Positions 9,173 to 19,300 of a DNA stretch of 32,669 nucleotides are shown in pieces. The translations under genes and the position numbers were made by a program. The stretch is from a virus. Lineage: Duplodnaviria > Caudoviricetes. The stretch covers positions 1 through 32,669 of IMG/VR virus record IMGVR_UViG_3300025806_000110; one strand, given 5' to 3'. The stretch's first letter is position 1, and each line of letters opens with the position of its first letter. The notes below the pieces were generated by a model that searched no databases, was not told where the DNA came from, and was given only the letters and a program-made list of their open reading frames with translations.

Positions 9173-10318
9173 ATGGATAACGAAGAAAACACAGAAGTAG
9201 TAGAAAACACGGAGCCAACACAGGTAGAACAAGTTGACGTGCAAGAAGTTGAGCCAAATAAAGTTACAACTAAAACCGAAGACGGTTATAAAATAGATTT
9301 AGCAAAAATAAATAACGAAGAAAATGTACGGATCAAAGAAGAAGCTAACAACGAAGAAAACACCGAAAAAGAAGAAGCCAACGAAGGAGAAGACCAAAAA
9401 GTATTAGAAGAAATTACAGACGAAGTTGTTGAGCTTGTTGAAGAGGTAACAAAAGAGGCTGTAGTAAAAGAAATACAAGAGAATAGCATAGATCTACCGG
9501 AGAACATACAGAAAGTCGTTGAGTTTATGAACGAGACTGGTGGAACTCTAGATGACTATGTTAGATTAAACGCAGATTATAGCAACGTAGATGGTGATTC
9601 ACTACTACGTGAGTATTATAAACAAACTAAGTCACACTTATCTAATGAAGAAATAGACTTCTTAATTGAAGACAAATTTTCTTTTGACGAAGAGTTTGAT
9701 GAAGAAAGAGATGTACGCCGAAAAAAACTAGCTCACAAAGAAGCTGTTTCAGAGGCTCAAGGGTTTCTTAATTCGCTTAAAGACAAATATTACGATGAAG
9801 TCAAGTTGGGTTCAAAGTTAAGTCCAGAGCAAAAAGAAGCAGTTGAGTTTTACAACCAGCATCAAGAGCAAGTTAAAAGCGGTAAAGAACTATCATCTCG
9901 CCAAAAGGAACATTTTGACAACGTAACGAATAATCTTTTTAACGAACAATTCAAAGGTTTTGAATTTGAAGTAGGAGAAAAGAAGTATCGATACAACGTT
10001 AAAGATGTTGATAGCGTTAAGCAAACACAAAGTGATTTATTAAATGTATTCAGTGAGTACATTAAAGATAACGTATTAGCAGACGCTAAAGGTTATCATA
10101 AAGCCCTTTTTGCTGCTAGCAATCCCGATGGTTTAGCCAATCATTTTTATGAGCAAGGTAAAGCAGATGCAGTGCGACAAATGACGTCAGAGGCCAAAAA
10201 CATTAATGTTAATGGTAGAAAATCTGATCCAGGAGTTATAAATGCAAATGGTACCAAGGTCAGAGTAATGGATGGTGATAACAGTTCTAAATTGAAAATA
10301 AAACTTAAAAATTACTAA
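9173..10318 (+). CDS. Capsid scaffolding/assembly protein
   Basis: Very acidic low-complexity N-terminus, helical core and basic C-terminal tip; located between portal and MCP. Confidence 0.7.
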   Translation: MDNEENTEVVENTEPTQVEQVDVQEVEPNKVTTKTEDGYKIDLAKINNEENVRIKEEANNEENTEKEEANEGEDQKVLEEITDEVVELVEEVTKEAVVKEIQENSIDLPENIQKVVEFMNETGGTLDDYVRLNADYSNVDGDSLLREYYKQTKSHLSNEEIDFLIEDKFSFDEEFDEERDVRRKKLAHKEAVSEAQGFLNSLKDKYYDEVKLGSKLSPEQKEAVEFYNQHQEQVKSGKELSSRQKEHFDNVTNNLFNEQFKGFEFEVGEKKYRYNVKDVDSVKQTQSDLLNVFSEYIKDNVLADAKGYHKALFAASNPDGLANHFYEQGKADAVRQMTSEAKNINVNGRKSDPGVINANGTKVRVMDGDNSSKLKIKLKNY

Positions 10319-10330
10319 AACATATAAAAA

Positions 10331-11791
10331 ATGGCACAAAGTATAGTCGAATTTACTACCCCAGCAACGGGGTTTGTAGATCCCGCACATTCGAAAGTTA
10401 CTTTATCAAGTAACTATATTAATTTTGCTGATTCAAGTTTTGATACTTGGGGTCAGCAGTATCTTCCTGAGCTTTACGAACAAGAAGTTGAGCGATACGG
10501 AAACAGATCAATTTCATCTTTCTTACGACTAGTAGGAGCTGAAATGCCTATGTCAGGCGATCAGATTATCTGGTCTGAGCAAGGCCGTCTTCACTTAGCT
10601 TATGGATTAGCTGGAACAGCAAGTTCATCAGCAATCGTTGCCGATGCATCTGCCAACACTCTTAGCGGTTTAGGGGCTCACGCTCTTAGAGTAGGTCAAA
10701 CGGTTGTTGCAAAGCTAATGACTGGTGGTGAAGTAATCAAAGCTTATGTTAGCGCTGTTGCTAATGACACGGCTACTATCCTTCCTTATGGAGGAGCTGC
10801 GTTGAGCAACATGGGCGCAGTTGACACCGAGCCAATTCAATTGTTTGTTTACGGTTCTGAATTTGCAAAAGGATCAGCTGGAATGTCTGGCTCTGTTAAG
10901 CCTGAATTCAAGAGCTTTAGCAATAAGCCTATTATTATCAAGGACAAGTTTGAAGTATCAGGATCTGATGCCGCTCAAATTGGTTGGGTTGAAGTTTCAG
11001 GAGAAGCTGGCCAAGCTGGTTACTTATGGTATATGAAGGCTGAAGGTGATACCCGAACTCGTTTCGAAGATTATCTTGAAATGGCTATGGTTGAAGGCGA
11101 GCTTGTACACGCAGATTCTACTATTGCTTTACCAACTGATGGTGGCGCAGGTACTGCAGGTACTGAAGGTTTATTTGCTGCTATCTCTGATAGAGGTATT
11201 GTATCTGAAGGATTTGGTGCTGCTAACATAGTTACAACAACTGCTGCTGATTTTCAAGCCTCTATGGATAACATGTGTATTGAGCTGGACAAGCAAGGCG
11301 CTATTGAAGAAAACATGCTTTTCTTGAATCGTTCTGCTGCCTTAGGTATTGATACTGGGTTAGCCCTCATGAACGGTGGATACTCTACTGGAACATCTTA
11401 TGGTGTGTTTGAGAACAGTGAAGATATGGCTCTTAACCTTGGTTTCTCTGGTTTCCGAAGAGGTTCTTATGATTTTTATAAGACTGACTGGAAATATTTG
11501 AATGATCAAGCTACTCGTGCTGCTGTTGGTGGTATTGAGGGAGTTTTAGTTCCTGCTGGAACATCTTCAGTGTATGATCAAATGATGGGTAAGAACATCC
11601 GTCGTCCATTCCTTCACGTTCGTTACAGAGCTTCTGAAACTGATAACCGACGCATGAAGTCTTGGGTTACTGGATCTGTTGGAGCTTCTAATAGCGATCT
11701 TGATGCTATGGAGATTCACTACTTGTCAGAGAGATGTCTCGTAACACAAGCTGCTAATAACTTCATATTGTTTAACGCAACAGATGCTTAA
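10331..11791 (+). CDS. Major capsid protein
   Basis: 486 aa after the scaffold; strongly biased codon usage (GCT/GGT/TCT), WSEQGRLH, IIKDKFEVSGSD, GFSGFRRGSYDFYKTDW; followed by a terminator. Confidence 0.88.
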   Translation: MAQSIVEFTTPATGFVDPAHSKVTLSSNYINFADSSFDTWGQQYLPELYEQEVERYGNRSISSFLRLVGAEMPMSGDQIIWSEQGRLHLAYGLAGTASSSAIVADASANTLSGLGAHALRVGQTVVAKLMTGGEVIKAYVSAVANDTATILPYGGAALSNMGAVDTEPIQLFVYGSEFAKGSAGMSGSVKPEFKSFSNKPIIIKDKFEVSGSDAAQIGWVEVSGEAGQAGYLWYMKAEGDTRTRFEDYLEMAMVEGELVHADSTIALPTDGGAGTAGTEGLFAAISDRGIVSEGFGAANIVTTTAADFQASMDNMCIELDKQGAIEENMLFLNRSAALGIDTGLALMNGGYSTGTSYGVFENSEDMALNLGFSGFRRGSYDFYKTDWKYLNDQATRAAVGGIEGVLVPAGTSSVYDQMMGKNIRRPFLHVRYRASETDNRRMKSWVTGSVGASNSDLDAMEIHYLSERCLVTQAANNFILFNATDA

Positions 11792-11803
11792 TAGCAATTA
11801 ATT

Positions 11804-11849
11804 AAAACTTGGGGTCATAATTGTGTGGCCTCAAGTTTTTACTTTTTTT
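11804..11849 (+). terminator. Intrinsic terminator after MCP
   Basis: AAAACTTGGGGTCATA-ATTG-TGTGGCCTCAAGTTTT, a 16-bp stem with G-U pairs, followed by TACTTTTTTT. Confidence 0.8.
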
Positions 11850-11866
11850 ATTTATTAAATTATATT

Positions 11867-12610
11867 ATGTCAACAAGTTTAGAAAAGAACTGGGAAATTA
11901 AAGATAGATTATACCAGTTAAAAGGAAATAAGTCACCAATAGTTTATATGCTCAAAACAAGAGGTATTTACTATTTCGATGAAGAAAAAGGATACGAAAG
12001 AGAATTAAAGTACACTAGAAACCAAAGAACATTATTTGTAGATGAATTTAAAGGTGATGGTGTTTTAGAGCACGTTGCTTTTAGAGAAGGTGTTTTAGCT
12101 GTGCCAAAAGAAAAGGTTACACTTCAAAAGTTTCTTTCTTTATATCACCCTTCTAAGGATAAGTATTATGAAGAACAAGATAACGTAAAAGAAGCTGAAG
12201 ATGATCTTGATTATTTAGAAATAGAATTAGATGCTTTAAATACCGCTAAATCTATGGATATTGACAAGGCTGAAGCTATACTACGTGTAGAAATAGGCTC
12301 TAAGGTCAATAAGATGACTTCTAAGGAGGTTAAGCGAGATGTTATGATTATGGCAAGGAATAATCCAAGTATGTTCTTAGAACTAGCCTCTGATGATAAT
12401 GTAGAAGTTAGGAATATAGGTATAAAAGCTCAAGAACAGGGGATTATAAAACTAGCCTCAGATCAAAGAACTTTTAAATGGGCAAGTAACGGTAGAAAAT
12501 TAATGACAGTGCCGTTTGATGAAAACCCATATTCTGCTTTGGCCGCTTGGTTTAAAACAGATGAAGGAATAGAAGTATTCCAAACTATTGAAAAAAGATT
12601 AAAAGAATAG
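11867..12610 (+). CDS. Capsid-associated/virion protein downstream of MCP (247 aa; ATG 11867 preferred over GTG 11825)
   Basis: GTG 11825 lies inside the terminator; ATG 11867 follows TTATATT. Charged helical protein in the post-MCP position. Confidence 0.7.
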   Translation: MSTSLEKNWEIKDRLYQLKGNKSPIVYMLKTRGIYYFDEEKGYERELKYTRNQRTLFVDEFKGDGVLEHVAFREGVLAVPKEKVTLQKFLSLYHPSKDKYYEEQDNVKEAEDDLDYLEIELDALNTAKSMDIDKAEAILRVEIGSKVNKMTSKEVKRDVMIMARNNPSMFLELASDDNVEVRNIGIKAQEQGIIKLASDQRTFKWASNGRKLMTVPFDENPYSALAAWFKTDEGIEVFQTIEKRLKE

Positions 12611-12623
12611 CAATTAAAAACCC

Positions 12624-12662
12624 GTTAAGGTAGCCACATAAATAAATCGTGGCTACCATAAC
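12624..12662 (+). promoter_or_regulatory. Intergenic inverted repeat / hairpin without a U-tract
   Basis: GTTAAGGTAGCCAC-N11-GTGGCTACCATAAC, 13 of 14 bp paired; no poly-T follows on the plus strand. Confidence 0.65.
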
Positions 12663-12676
12663 ACAACAAATCGATT

Positions 12677-13369
12677 ATGCCATTTAACAATAAAATAACA
12701 CCTGAAAATAAAGCAAAAGCAGATAACAAAGGTTCAAAACAAAACGTTAGCAAAGCTAAATATTATAGTTTCCCAAGTAACGACTGGTGGAGCAACCTAT
12801 GGACGCCAACAACTAATCCGGATCCTCGACCTGATTGGAAAATGAAGGATTTAGATGAACGAAATAGACCAAAGTCAACTAAAGCAACTAAAACAGCAAA
12901 ATCAAATAATGAATTAGCGCGAGAAGCACACGCTGTGCAAAACAATCCTAATCGCGCGTCAGAGTTTGTTACAGGAAAGCTAAAGCCAAAGCCAAAGTCT
13001 AAGCCAAAGTCTAGACTACGTACTAGCTCTGAAATAGCAGCAGGTGTAAAAAGCACTCCGTCAAAAATGCAAATAGCTGGCTTACCAAGATCTGGAAACA
13101 CTATGTTGATGGGTTCTAAAGAAGTAGAAACACCTAGCACATTTAATACCAGTGCGGCTAGTAATATTGCCAAAGCCCCTAACTTTGCTAAAATGGCTGA
13201 AGATGGTGCTAGTGTTAAAGAAATGAGATCAACTTTAAAGGATTACAGAAAGACCGTTAAAGGGCAGGTGAAAGATCATAAAGCTGGTATTAAAAAACAA
13301 AACAAATCAACTAAATTTGAGAAAAAAAGCAGTAAGATTAATAACAGAGCAAATAAAGCAAAGCGATAA
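12677..13369 (+). CDS. Lys-rich, probably disordered hypothetical protein (230 aa)
   Basis: High K/S/T/N content, KPKPKSKPKS repeat at about 12983-13012, basic C-terminal helix. Confidence 0.7.
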   Translation: MPFNNKITPENKAKADNKGSKQNVSKAKYYSFPSNDWWSNLWTPTTNPDPRPDWKMKDLDERNRPKSTKATKTAKSNNELAREAHAVQNNPNRASEFVTGKLKPKPKSKPKSRLRTSSEIAAGVKSTPSKMQIAGLPRSGNTMLMGSKEVETPSTFNTSAASNIAKAPNFAKMAEDGASVKEMRSTLKDYRKTVKGQVKDHKAGIKKQNKSTKFEKKSSKINNRANKAKR

Positions 13370-13890
13370 TGGGAGTACCTATTGATCTTAAACAGAAAGA
13401 AGTGGGCAAAAGCACAAAGACTAGTACGCCTAGTAGTAGTAAGTCTTCCCGCGGTGAAGACATTAAACTAATGGATACGGCCAGTTTTGAAACAGCCTCG
13501 GATTTATTAAGTAAGCAATCTGCAGAAAATGTTATGAAGGTTGAAGAACTGCCGCACCGCAACGCTGATGCTAACTACATTAAAGATGTTTCTCAAGGCC
13601 CGCCTAGACAAAGCAACGAATCTAAAGCCCAAGATAAAATAGCAAAAATGTTTGAGGATCAGTATATATCAAAAAGCGGTGATAGTTTTTGGGATATGGG
13701 ATACGCATGGGGAAAAGCCATTGGTAAAAAGCGTCAAGCGAAAGCGGAAAAAGCTGGTTTTGATAATATTGCTGATTACAAAGGTGCTATGAAAGAAGGA
13801 AGGCAAGTTGATAGAACTAACCGGAAACAAGAGCGTTTTGCTAAGAGGGGTTCAAGAATAGAAAAAAGAGGTAAAAAGCGAACATATTAA
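13369..13890 (+). CDS. Hypothetical protein with basic C-terminus (173 aa)
   Basis: Coupled by TAATG; low-complexity N-terminus; R/K-rich end RFAKRGSRIEKRGKKRTY. Confidence 0.7.
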   Translation: MGVPIDLKQKEVGKSTKTSTPSSSKSSRGEDIKLMDTASFETASDLLSKQSAENVMKVEELPHRNADANYIKDVSQGPPRQSNESKAQDKIAKMFEDQYISKSGDSFWDMGYAWGKAIGKKRQAKAEKAGFDNIADYKGAMKEGRQVDRTNRKQERFAKRGSRIEKRGKKRTY

Positions 13891-13902
13891 AATAAGTATA
13901 AA

Positions 13903-14925
13903 ATGGCTATAAACATAAATACTGTTTACAAAACCGTTTTATCTATAATGAATAAGGAACAGCGAGGCTATCTTACTCCAGATGAGTTTAATAAGATAGC
14001 TAAGCAAGTTCAATTAAGCCTTGTAGACAAAACGTTTTATGATTTAAATAAAACATTAAACTATAAAGCGAGAGGTCTTGTTAACCAAGGAGTTGCTGAT
14101 ACTACTAATAATGTTCAAGAAAAGCTTGACACGTTATACAAAACAGATACTTCAACATTTACTTCTGGGTCTGCCAATTTACCAGCCGACATATATAAAA
14201 TAATCAACATTGTAAGTAATGATAGATTAAGGACATATGAGGAAGTTAAAAAGCACGAGATTACCTACATGCAGTCTTCACCGTTGACTGCACCATCATC
14301 AACTTTTCCTGTGTACTATCAAGAAACTGCGGGTACATCGATAACAACGCTGCCAGCTTTAGCTGATGCGTCGACAGTTACTGTTGATTATATAAAAAAG
14401 CCAGATGATCCAAGATGGGGTTATACAATTAACTCTCAATATGGCAATAAAATATATGATTTAAACACATTTGTGGAAACTGGTTTAGTTGTGCTAGCTG
14501 ACTTAGTTGATCTTAGTATGGTCACTGATGCGGGCAGTAGAACAGTTAACTTAGATCTTCAAAATGTTACAATTGCAACTAACAGCGGAAGTGGTGTAGG
14601 TGCATCATTTTATCTAACAACAGATGGTAGCGGAAATGTGGATTCAGTGTCAATACAAGAAGCTGGCTCTGGATACGAAATAGGTGATGTACTTACTATA
14701 TCTACGTCAGTAGTTGGCGGTTCAGTTGACGTCACTCTAACTATTGGTAATCACGCTATACAAAGATACACAACAACTGGTTCAACAAACTTTGAGCTAC
14801 ATCCATCTGAAGAAATGGCTTTGGTTACAGGGATATTAGCATACAGTGGCATTGTTATAAGAGACCCAAGCATAACTCAAATGGCATCTCAAATAATACA
14901 ATCAAACGAAGCAACTAAACAATAA
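13903..14925 (+). CDS. Head-tail adaptor / tail ring protein 1
   Basis: Helical start (VYKTVLSIMNKEQRGYLTPDEFN), LPADIYKI, YIKKPDDPRWGY, FELHPSEE; contains a GSGY-type beta insertion. Position after the capsid genes. Confidence 0.65.
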   Translation: MAININTVYKTVLSIMNKEQRGYLTPDEFNKIAKQVQLSLVDKTFYDLNKTLNYKARGLVNQGVADTTNNVQEKLDTLYKTDTSTFTSGSANLPADIYKIINIVSNDRLRTYEEVKKHEITYMQSSPLTAPSSTFPVYYQETAGTSITTLPALADASTVTVDYIKKPDDPRWGYTINSQYGNKIYDLNTFVETGLVVLADLVDLSMVTDAGSRTVNLDLQNVTIATNSGSGVGASFYLTTDGSGNVDSVSIQEAGSGYEIGDVLTISTSVVGGSVDVTLTIGNHAIQRYTTTGSTNFELHPSEEMALVTGILAYSGIVIRDPSITQMASQIIQSNEATKQ

Positions 14926-14930
14926 AATAA

Positions 14931-16025
14931 ATGGGATTAATTAAAGAAACAGCTTCACAGTATTACACAGGAGTACAAGGTTACTTTAATGCTGCGCCAA
15001 CGACTACCTTAACGATAGACTTAACCTTCGACCCAGTACCAGCGCTTAAGTCGGATATAAGAGTTTATATTGACAATGTTGAAGTAGACCCAAGTTTTTA
15101 TACATACACAAGTCCTACGGTATCCCTTGCTGGATATACAGTAAATGCCGGCCAAAATGTAGAGATACGGTATGTGTTTGCTAAAACGGGCAAATATCAG
15201 TTTATATCTATTGATGACATTGTAAACAACTTTATGATTGCTTACGTAGGTAATGGTAAACTAATAGACGACGTAAAGCGCTCTGATATATTGTTTCATT
15301 GTAAAAGAGGCATACAAGAGTTTTCATACGAAATAGCTAGGGTAGAAAAAATACAAGAGATAGAGTTAGGCCCAACATTAATAATGGACATGCCCCAGGA
15401 CTATGTCAACTACGTTAAGTTCTCTTGGATAGATGACGCAGGATTTGAAAACGTTATATTACCATATCAGCACAGCTCTAGGCCTAATATACCAATACTT
15501 CAAGGTAATGACTATAGTTATTTATTTGACAACGAAGGAAACTTGTTGCTAGGCGACTCAATACAACAAGATAGGTTTGATAGCAGAGACACATCTAATA
15601 TTCAGAACAACGCTTATTTTTCTTCTCAAGTGTATGAGGTAGAAAGAAGTGCACACATGGGTGGACGATTTGGCTTAGATGCAGGTGCATCGGCTAATAC
15701 TGGGATATTCATGATAAACGAAGCTGAAGGCAGCATTGCTTTTAGCAGCGACTTGTCGGGAAAAATAATAACACTTAAATATATATCTGATGGTTTAGGT
15801 ACTGATGGCGAAATGAAAGTACATAAGTTTGCAGAAGAGGCTATATATAAGCACATAGGCTTAAATGTACTTAGTGCTAAAATGAATGTGCCAGAGTACA
15901 TAGTAAATCGGTATAGAAAAGAAAGGAAAGCAGCAATGCGTAACGCTAAACTTAGGTTGCAAAACTTCAAGCCTTTAGAGTTGATACAATCAATGAGGGG
16001 TAAGTCTAAGCACATAAAACATTAA
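14931..16025 (+). CDS. Tail ring / tubular protein 2
   Basis: YQFISIDDIVNNF, FHCKRGIQEFSYE, MPQDYVNYVK, LKYISDGL; tail-tube-A-like layout. Function inferred from motifs and position. Confidence 0.65.
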   Translation: MGLIKETASQYYTGVQGYFNAAPTTTLTIDLTFDPVPALKSDIRVYIDNVEVDPSFYTYTSPTVSLAGYTVNAGQNVEIRYVFAKTGKYQFISIDDIVNNFMIAYVGNGKLIDDVKRSDILFHCKRGIQEFSYEIARVEKIQEIELGPTLIMDMPQDYVNYVKFSWIDDAGFENVILPYQHSSRPNIPILQGNDYSYLFDNEGNLLLGDSIQQDRFDSRDTSNIQNNAYFSSQVYEVERSAHMGGRFGLDAGASANTGIFMINEAEGSIAFSSDLSGKIITLKYISDGLGTDGEMKVHKFAEEAIYKHIGLNVLSAKMNVPEYIVNRYRKERKAAMRNAKLRLQNFKPLELIQSMRGKSKHIKH

Positions 16026-16029
16026 TTAA

Positions 16030-16362
16030 ATGGCTGAACTAAAAAATAATTTTACTGGGGCTAAAATTAATAAAGACGTAGACAAAAAAATTCTACCAAA
16101 AAACGAGTATAGAGAAGCGCAAAATATATCTATACCAGAATCAAATGACGAAGGTGTTGGGTCTGCAGAGCCTATACTAGGTAATAAATTAAATTACAAC
16201 ACACCCTTAGCCTACGCCTCCGGTTCTGACGTTATTGGTTATTATGTGGACGAGCTAAACCAAAAAGTATATTGGTTCGTAACAGATCAAACTGGTGAAT
16301 CAAAAGGAACTAACTTATCTGATGTAACAGCGACTTTACCAACCATTCCAGCCGGAACTTAA
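16030..16362 (+). CDS. N-terminal fragment of the tail nozzle/stabilisation protein (110 aa)
   Basis: MAELKNNFTGAKINKDVDKKILPKNEYREAQNI...ILGN...IGYYVDE resembles the usual start of P22 gp10/T7 gp12-like nozzle proteins; ends at TAA 16360. Confidence 0.7.
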   Translation: MAELKNNFTGAKINKDVDKKILPKNEYREAQNISIPESNDEGVGSAEPILGNKLNYNTPLAYASGSDVIGYYVDELNQKVYWFVTDQTGESKGTNLSDVTATLPTIPAGT

Positions 16363-16373
16363 TTGAATAACGA

Positions 16374-19300
16374 ATGGCAGCAAATAAAATCATAATGCAG
16401 GATCTGTCAACGATGGCAGAACCAGTTGTAATTGTTAGTGGTGACTTTTTAAACTTTTCACAAAATAACTTAATAACCGGTATCAACGTTATTGAGGACC
16501 TTTTATTTTGGACTGATAACCGAAACCAGCCTAGAAAGATAAATATTAACAAAGCAATAAATGATACTAGCTATTACGATAGCGAGGATAAAATATCTGT
16601 TGCTAAGTATTCCCCTTATGCGGCGCCTATATTGGTCGAGCATCAAAACCCATCAACTGTAACAAACGTTAGAACGCTCACAAACGAGTCAAGTATATCG
16701 TCAGAGTACATGAAAGAGAATTTTTTGAGATTCTCTTATAGGTATAAGTTTCACGATAATGAGTATTCACTAATAGCACCATTCACCCAAGTGGTATTTG
16801 CACCACAAAACAATGGTTGCATAATTGCGGATAGCGCTGAAACAGATCCTAACGCCAGCACCCTCATCACCAATGAGACAGTTGCGCTAGCTAAGTACGG
16901 AGCAAAAAATGCTTTTAGAACTGGTAGGTTGCCAGTTATGCAAAACTCAATAAACAACGTTCAGCTTAGGGTGCCTCTACCAATGTCTAACGACATAAAT
17001 CTTGGTTATACAAGAAGATTTGATGGTACCGTTAGCGCTTCTAGTTCGTTTGATGTAGATGGCGGAACATTGGCTGCTGGCACATATATAATCAAAGGTG
17101 CTGATGATAGTGCAACAACTGATGGTATATGCCAAGTTATATTCACTAGCAATCAGTCCGGCACTCCCATAACTGTAACAACAGCTAGCGGAACTGCATC
17201 AGGCAGTGATAACGATCAACTTGCTTTTGTACCCATGTGGGAAAATGCTTTCAACTTAAAAAGTATTGAAATATTAGTTAAAGAGTCTGACGATGCCGCT
17301 GTTAGAGTTGTTGGCGAAATAGACGTTAAAGACTTAAGAAGTTTTTATGACAACGTAGATATATACCCGCATAAAGTATGGTCTAACCAACCAACATTTT
17401 GGAGGCACTGTGTTGTATTTAATTACAAAAGTGAAAACCCTTACAAGGTACTACCAGAGGGGGATATAGTTCGAGTTAGTGATAAAATACCGATACAAGC
17501 CAAGTCTCAGGAAGTAGTATCTAATAGAATTGTTTATGGTAACTATCTATCAAGCTACCAATATCCAACAGATGCCGCTGGTAATAAAGGTATAAGTTAT
17601 ACTGTTTCTTCGTCCGCAAAAGGTGCTCAGGAAATAACTAGCTCGGTTCCTAATGATTGGTTAAATCTACAACATGCCGAATTTGCGCATAGATACGCGT
17701 CAATAAAACAACGTAGAACATATCAAGTTGGTATTGTATTATCTGATAGATATGGAAGGCAATCACCCGTGATTTTATCTTCAGTCAAACAAGGCAAGAA
17801 TAGAGCATTATACAACGTTAGCGATACGGTAACCGTGGCAAATGATCCTGGTTGGAATAGCACCCTCGGATTTAGCGCAGGCCCAGGGGGTAGCGGTAAT
17901 TTCAGTTGGTCTTCTGAAGAGGACAATATAATTGGTAAGCTACTCACTATAGAGTTTAAAGACTCATTCATAGTTCCATTAGAACAAGCATATAGTAGTA
18001 ATAATGTATTAGGTTGGTATTCTTATAGGTTAGTTGTAAAGCAAACTCAACAGGATTACTATAACATATACGCATCACACCCAGCAACAGAGGATGCTAA
18101 TTCTAGTAGCCCATCTTACATAAGCTTATTTGGTGATAACATCAATAAGGTACCTAGAAGCATATTAGAAGTAGATATTAACAAAAACAATTTATCTGGG
18201 TCGGATGAGTTGTTATTTCCTAAGGTCATACAGTCTGGAGCAACCGATACGGAGTCTATCATGCAAACGCACGACAATAGCACTTTAATCGACGTCGTTA
18301 ACTTAGGTACCGTTAGCCAATTTGATACCGCATCATCTCCAAGTTTACCTGATGTTGTATTTAATCAGAATAAAAATCCGTTACTAGCTGAGATACTTAA
18401 TTTAAACGTATTCTACGATACAACAAACCCAACTTCAACACCTGCTGATTATGAAGGATTAACGGTATTTGAAACGGAGCCATTCGAATCTAAGTTAGAT
18501 GTATACTATGAAACATCTACATGCGGATTAGTAACCGATTTAAACTACAGCTTGAATTATGCCCCACCCGCATCTGCACCAACTGAAGAGAGTATACAGT
18601 TCACCGGCGGTTCACTTAGCACTAGTATTGATGAAGACATAGCTGACACAACAGCAATTGGCACAGTTGAAGCAACTAAGGGTAATGCCTCAAATAGCTT
18701 ACAATTTGAAATATTGCATCTCTGGTCATATCTCAACAACAACCAAGTAGATATAAAGAATAGGGTCAGTTTGTCCACCGCTGGTGCTCTAACAGCAACA
18801 GGCGTTGGTTTTGCACATCGCAACAGTGCGTATGATGAGTATGATTTAGTAACATTAGTTAGTGAATACACCTCTGGAGGCGCTTACACGGGTAGTGCCA
18901 TAAGGACGTTGCAATTATCAGTTAATAATGTAGCACCCAACATAAGTGCTCAGTCTGTTAGCAACGTTGAAGTATTATATGATGAAAGGTTTGATACCGA
19001 CGTTGTTGCTACAGGTGAGATTTACACAGGCTCTGCCGATAATGGGGGCTTGAATGCTGTTGAAAAAAATAATGGTCTAACATTTGATATTGACTTTGCT
19101 ACGTTAACAGCACGAGACGCTGCTAGTAGTGATATTGTTAAAGCTTGGGCTAATCAAGCATTTAAAGTTGTTCAACAGAACGACAAGTGGGTCTTAAAAA
19201 CAACTTGGGTTTATGAGTTAAATGACAAATGGGACCAGTACGGTTTACCAGGTCTTGAGCAGACCGGGAAGGTCAATAAGGCCGCTTTCTTCGATTCCAC

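Noticed and set aside
11750-11800. T7 10A/10B-like frameshift extension of the major capsid protein
   Set aside because: No phased slippery heptamer at the 3' end; tandem TAA TAG stops and a terminator follow immediately.
16340-16420. T4 gene 60-style translational bypass or intron at the tail gene split
   Set aside because: No matching ACT landing codon close downstream, only a 4-bp hairpin, and the 11-nt gap is too short for a self-splicing intron; reinitiation at ATG 16374 is simpler.
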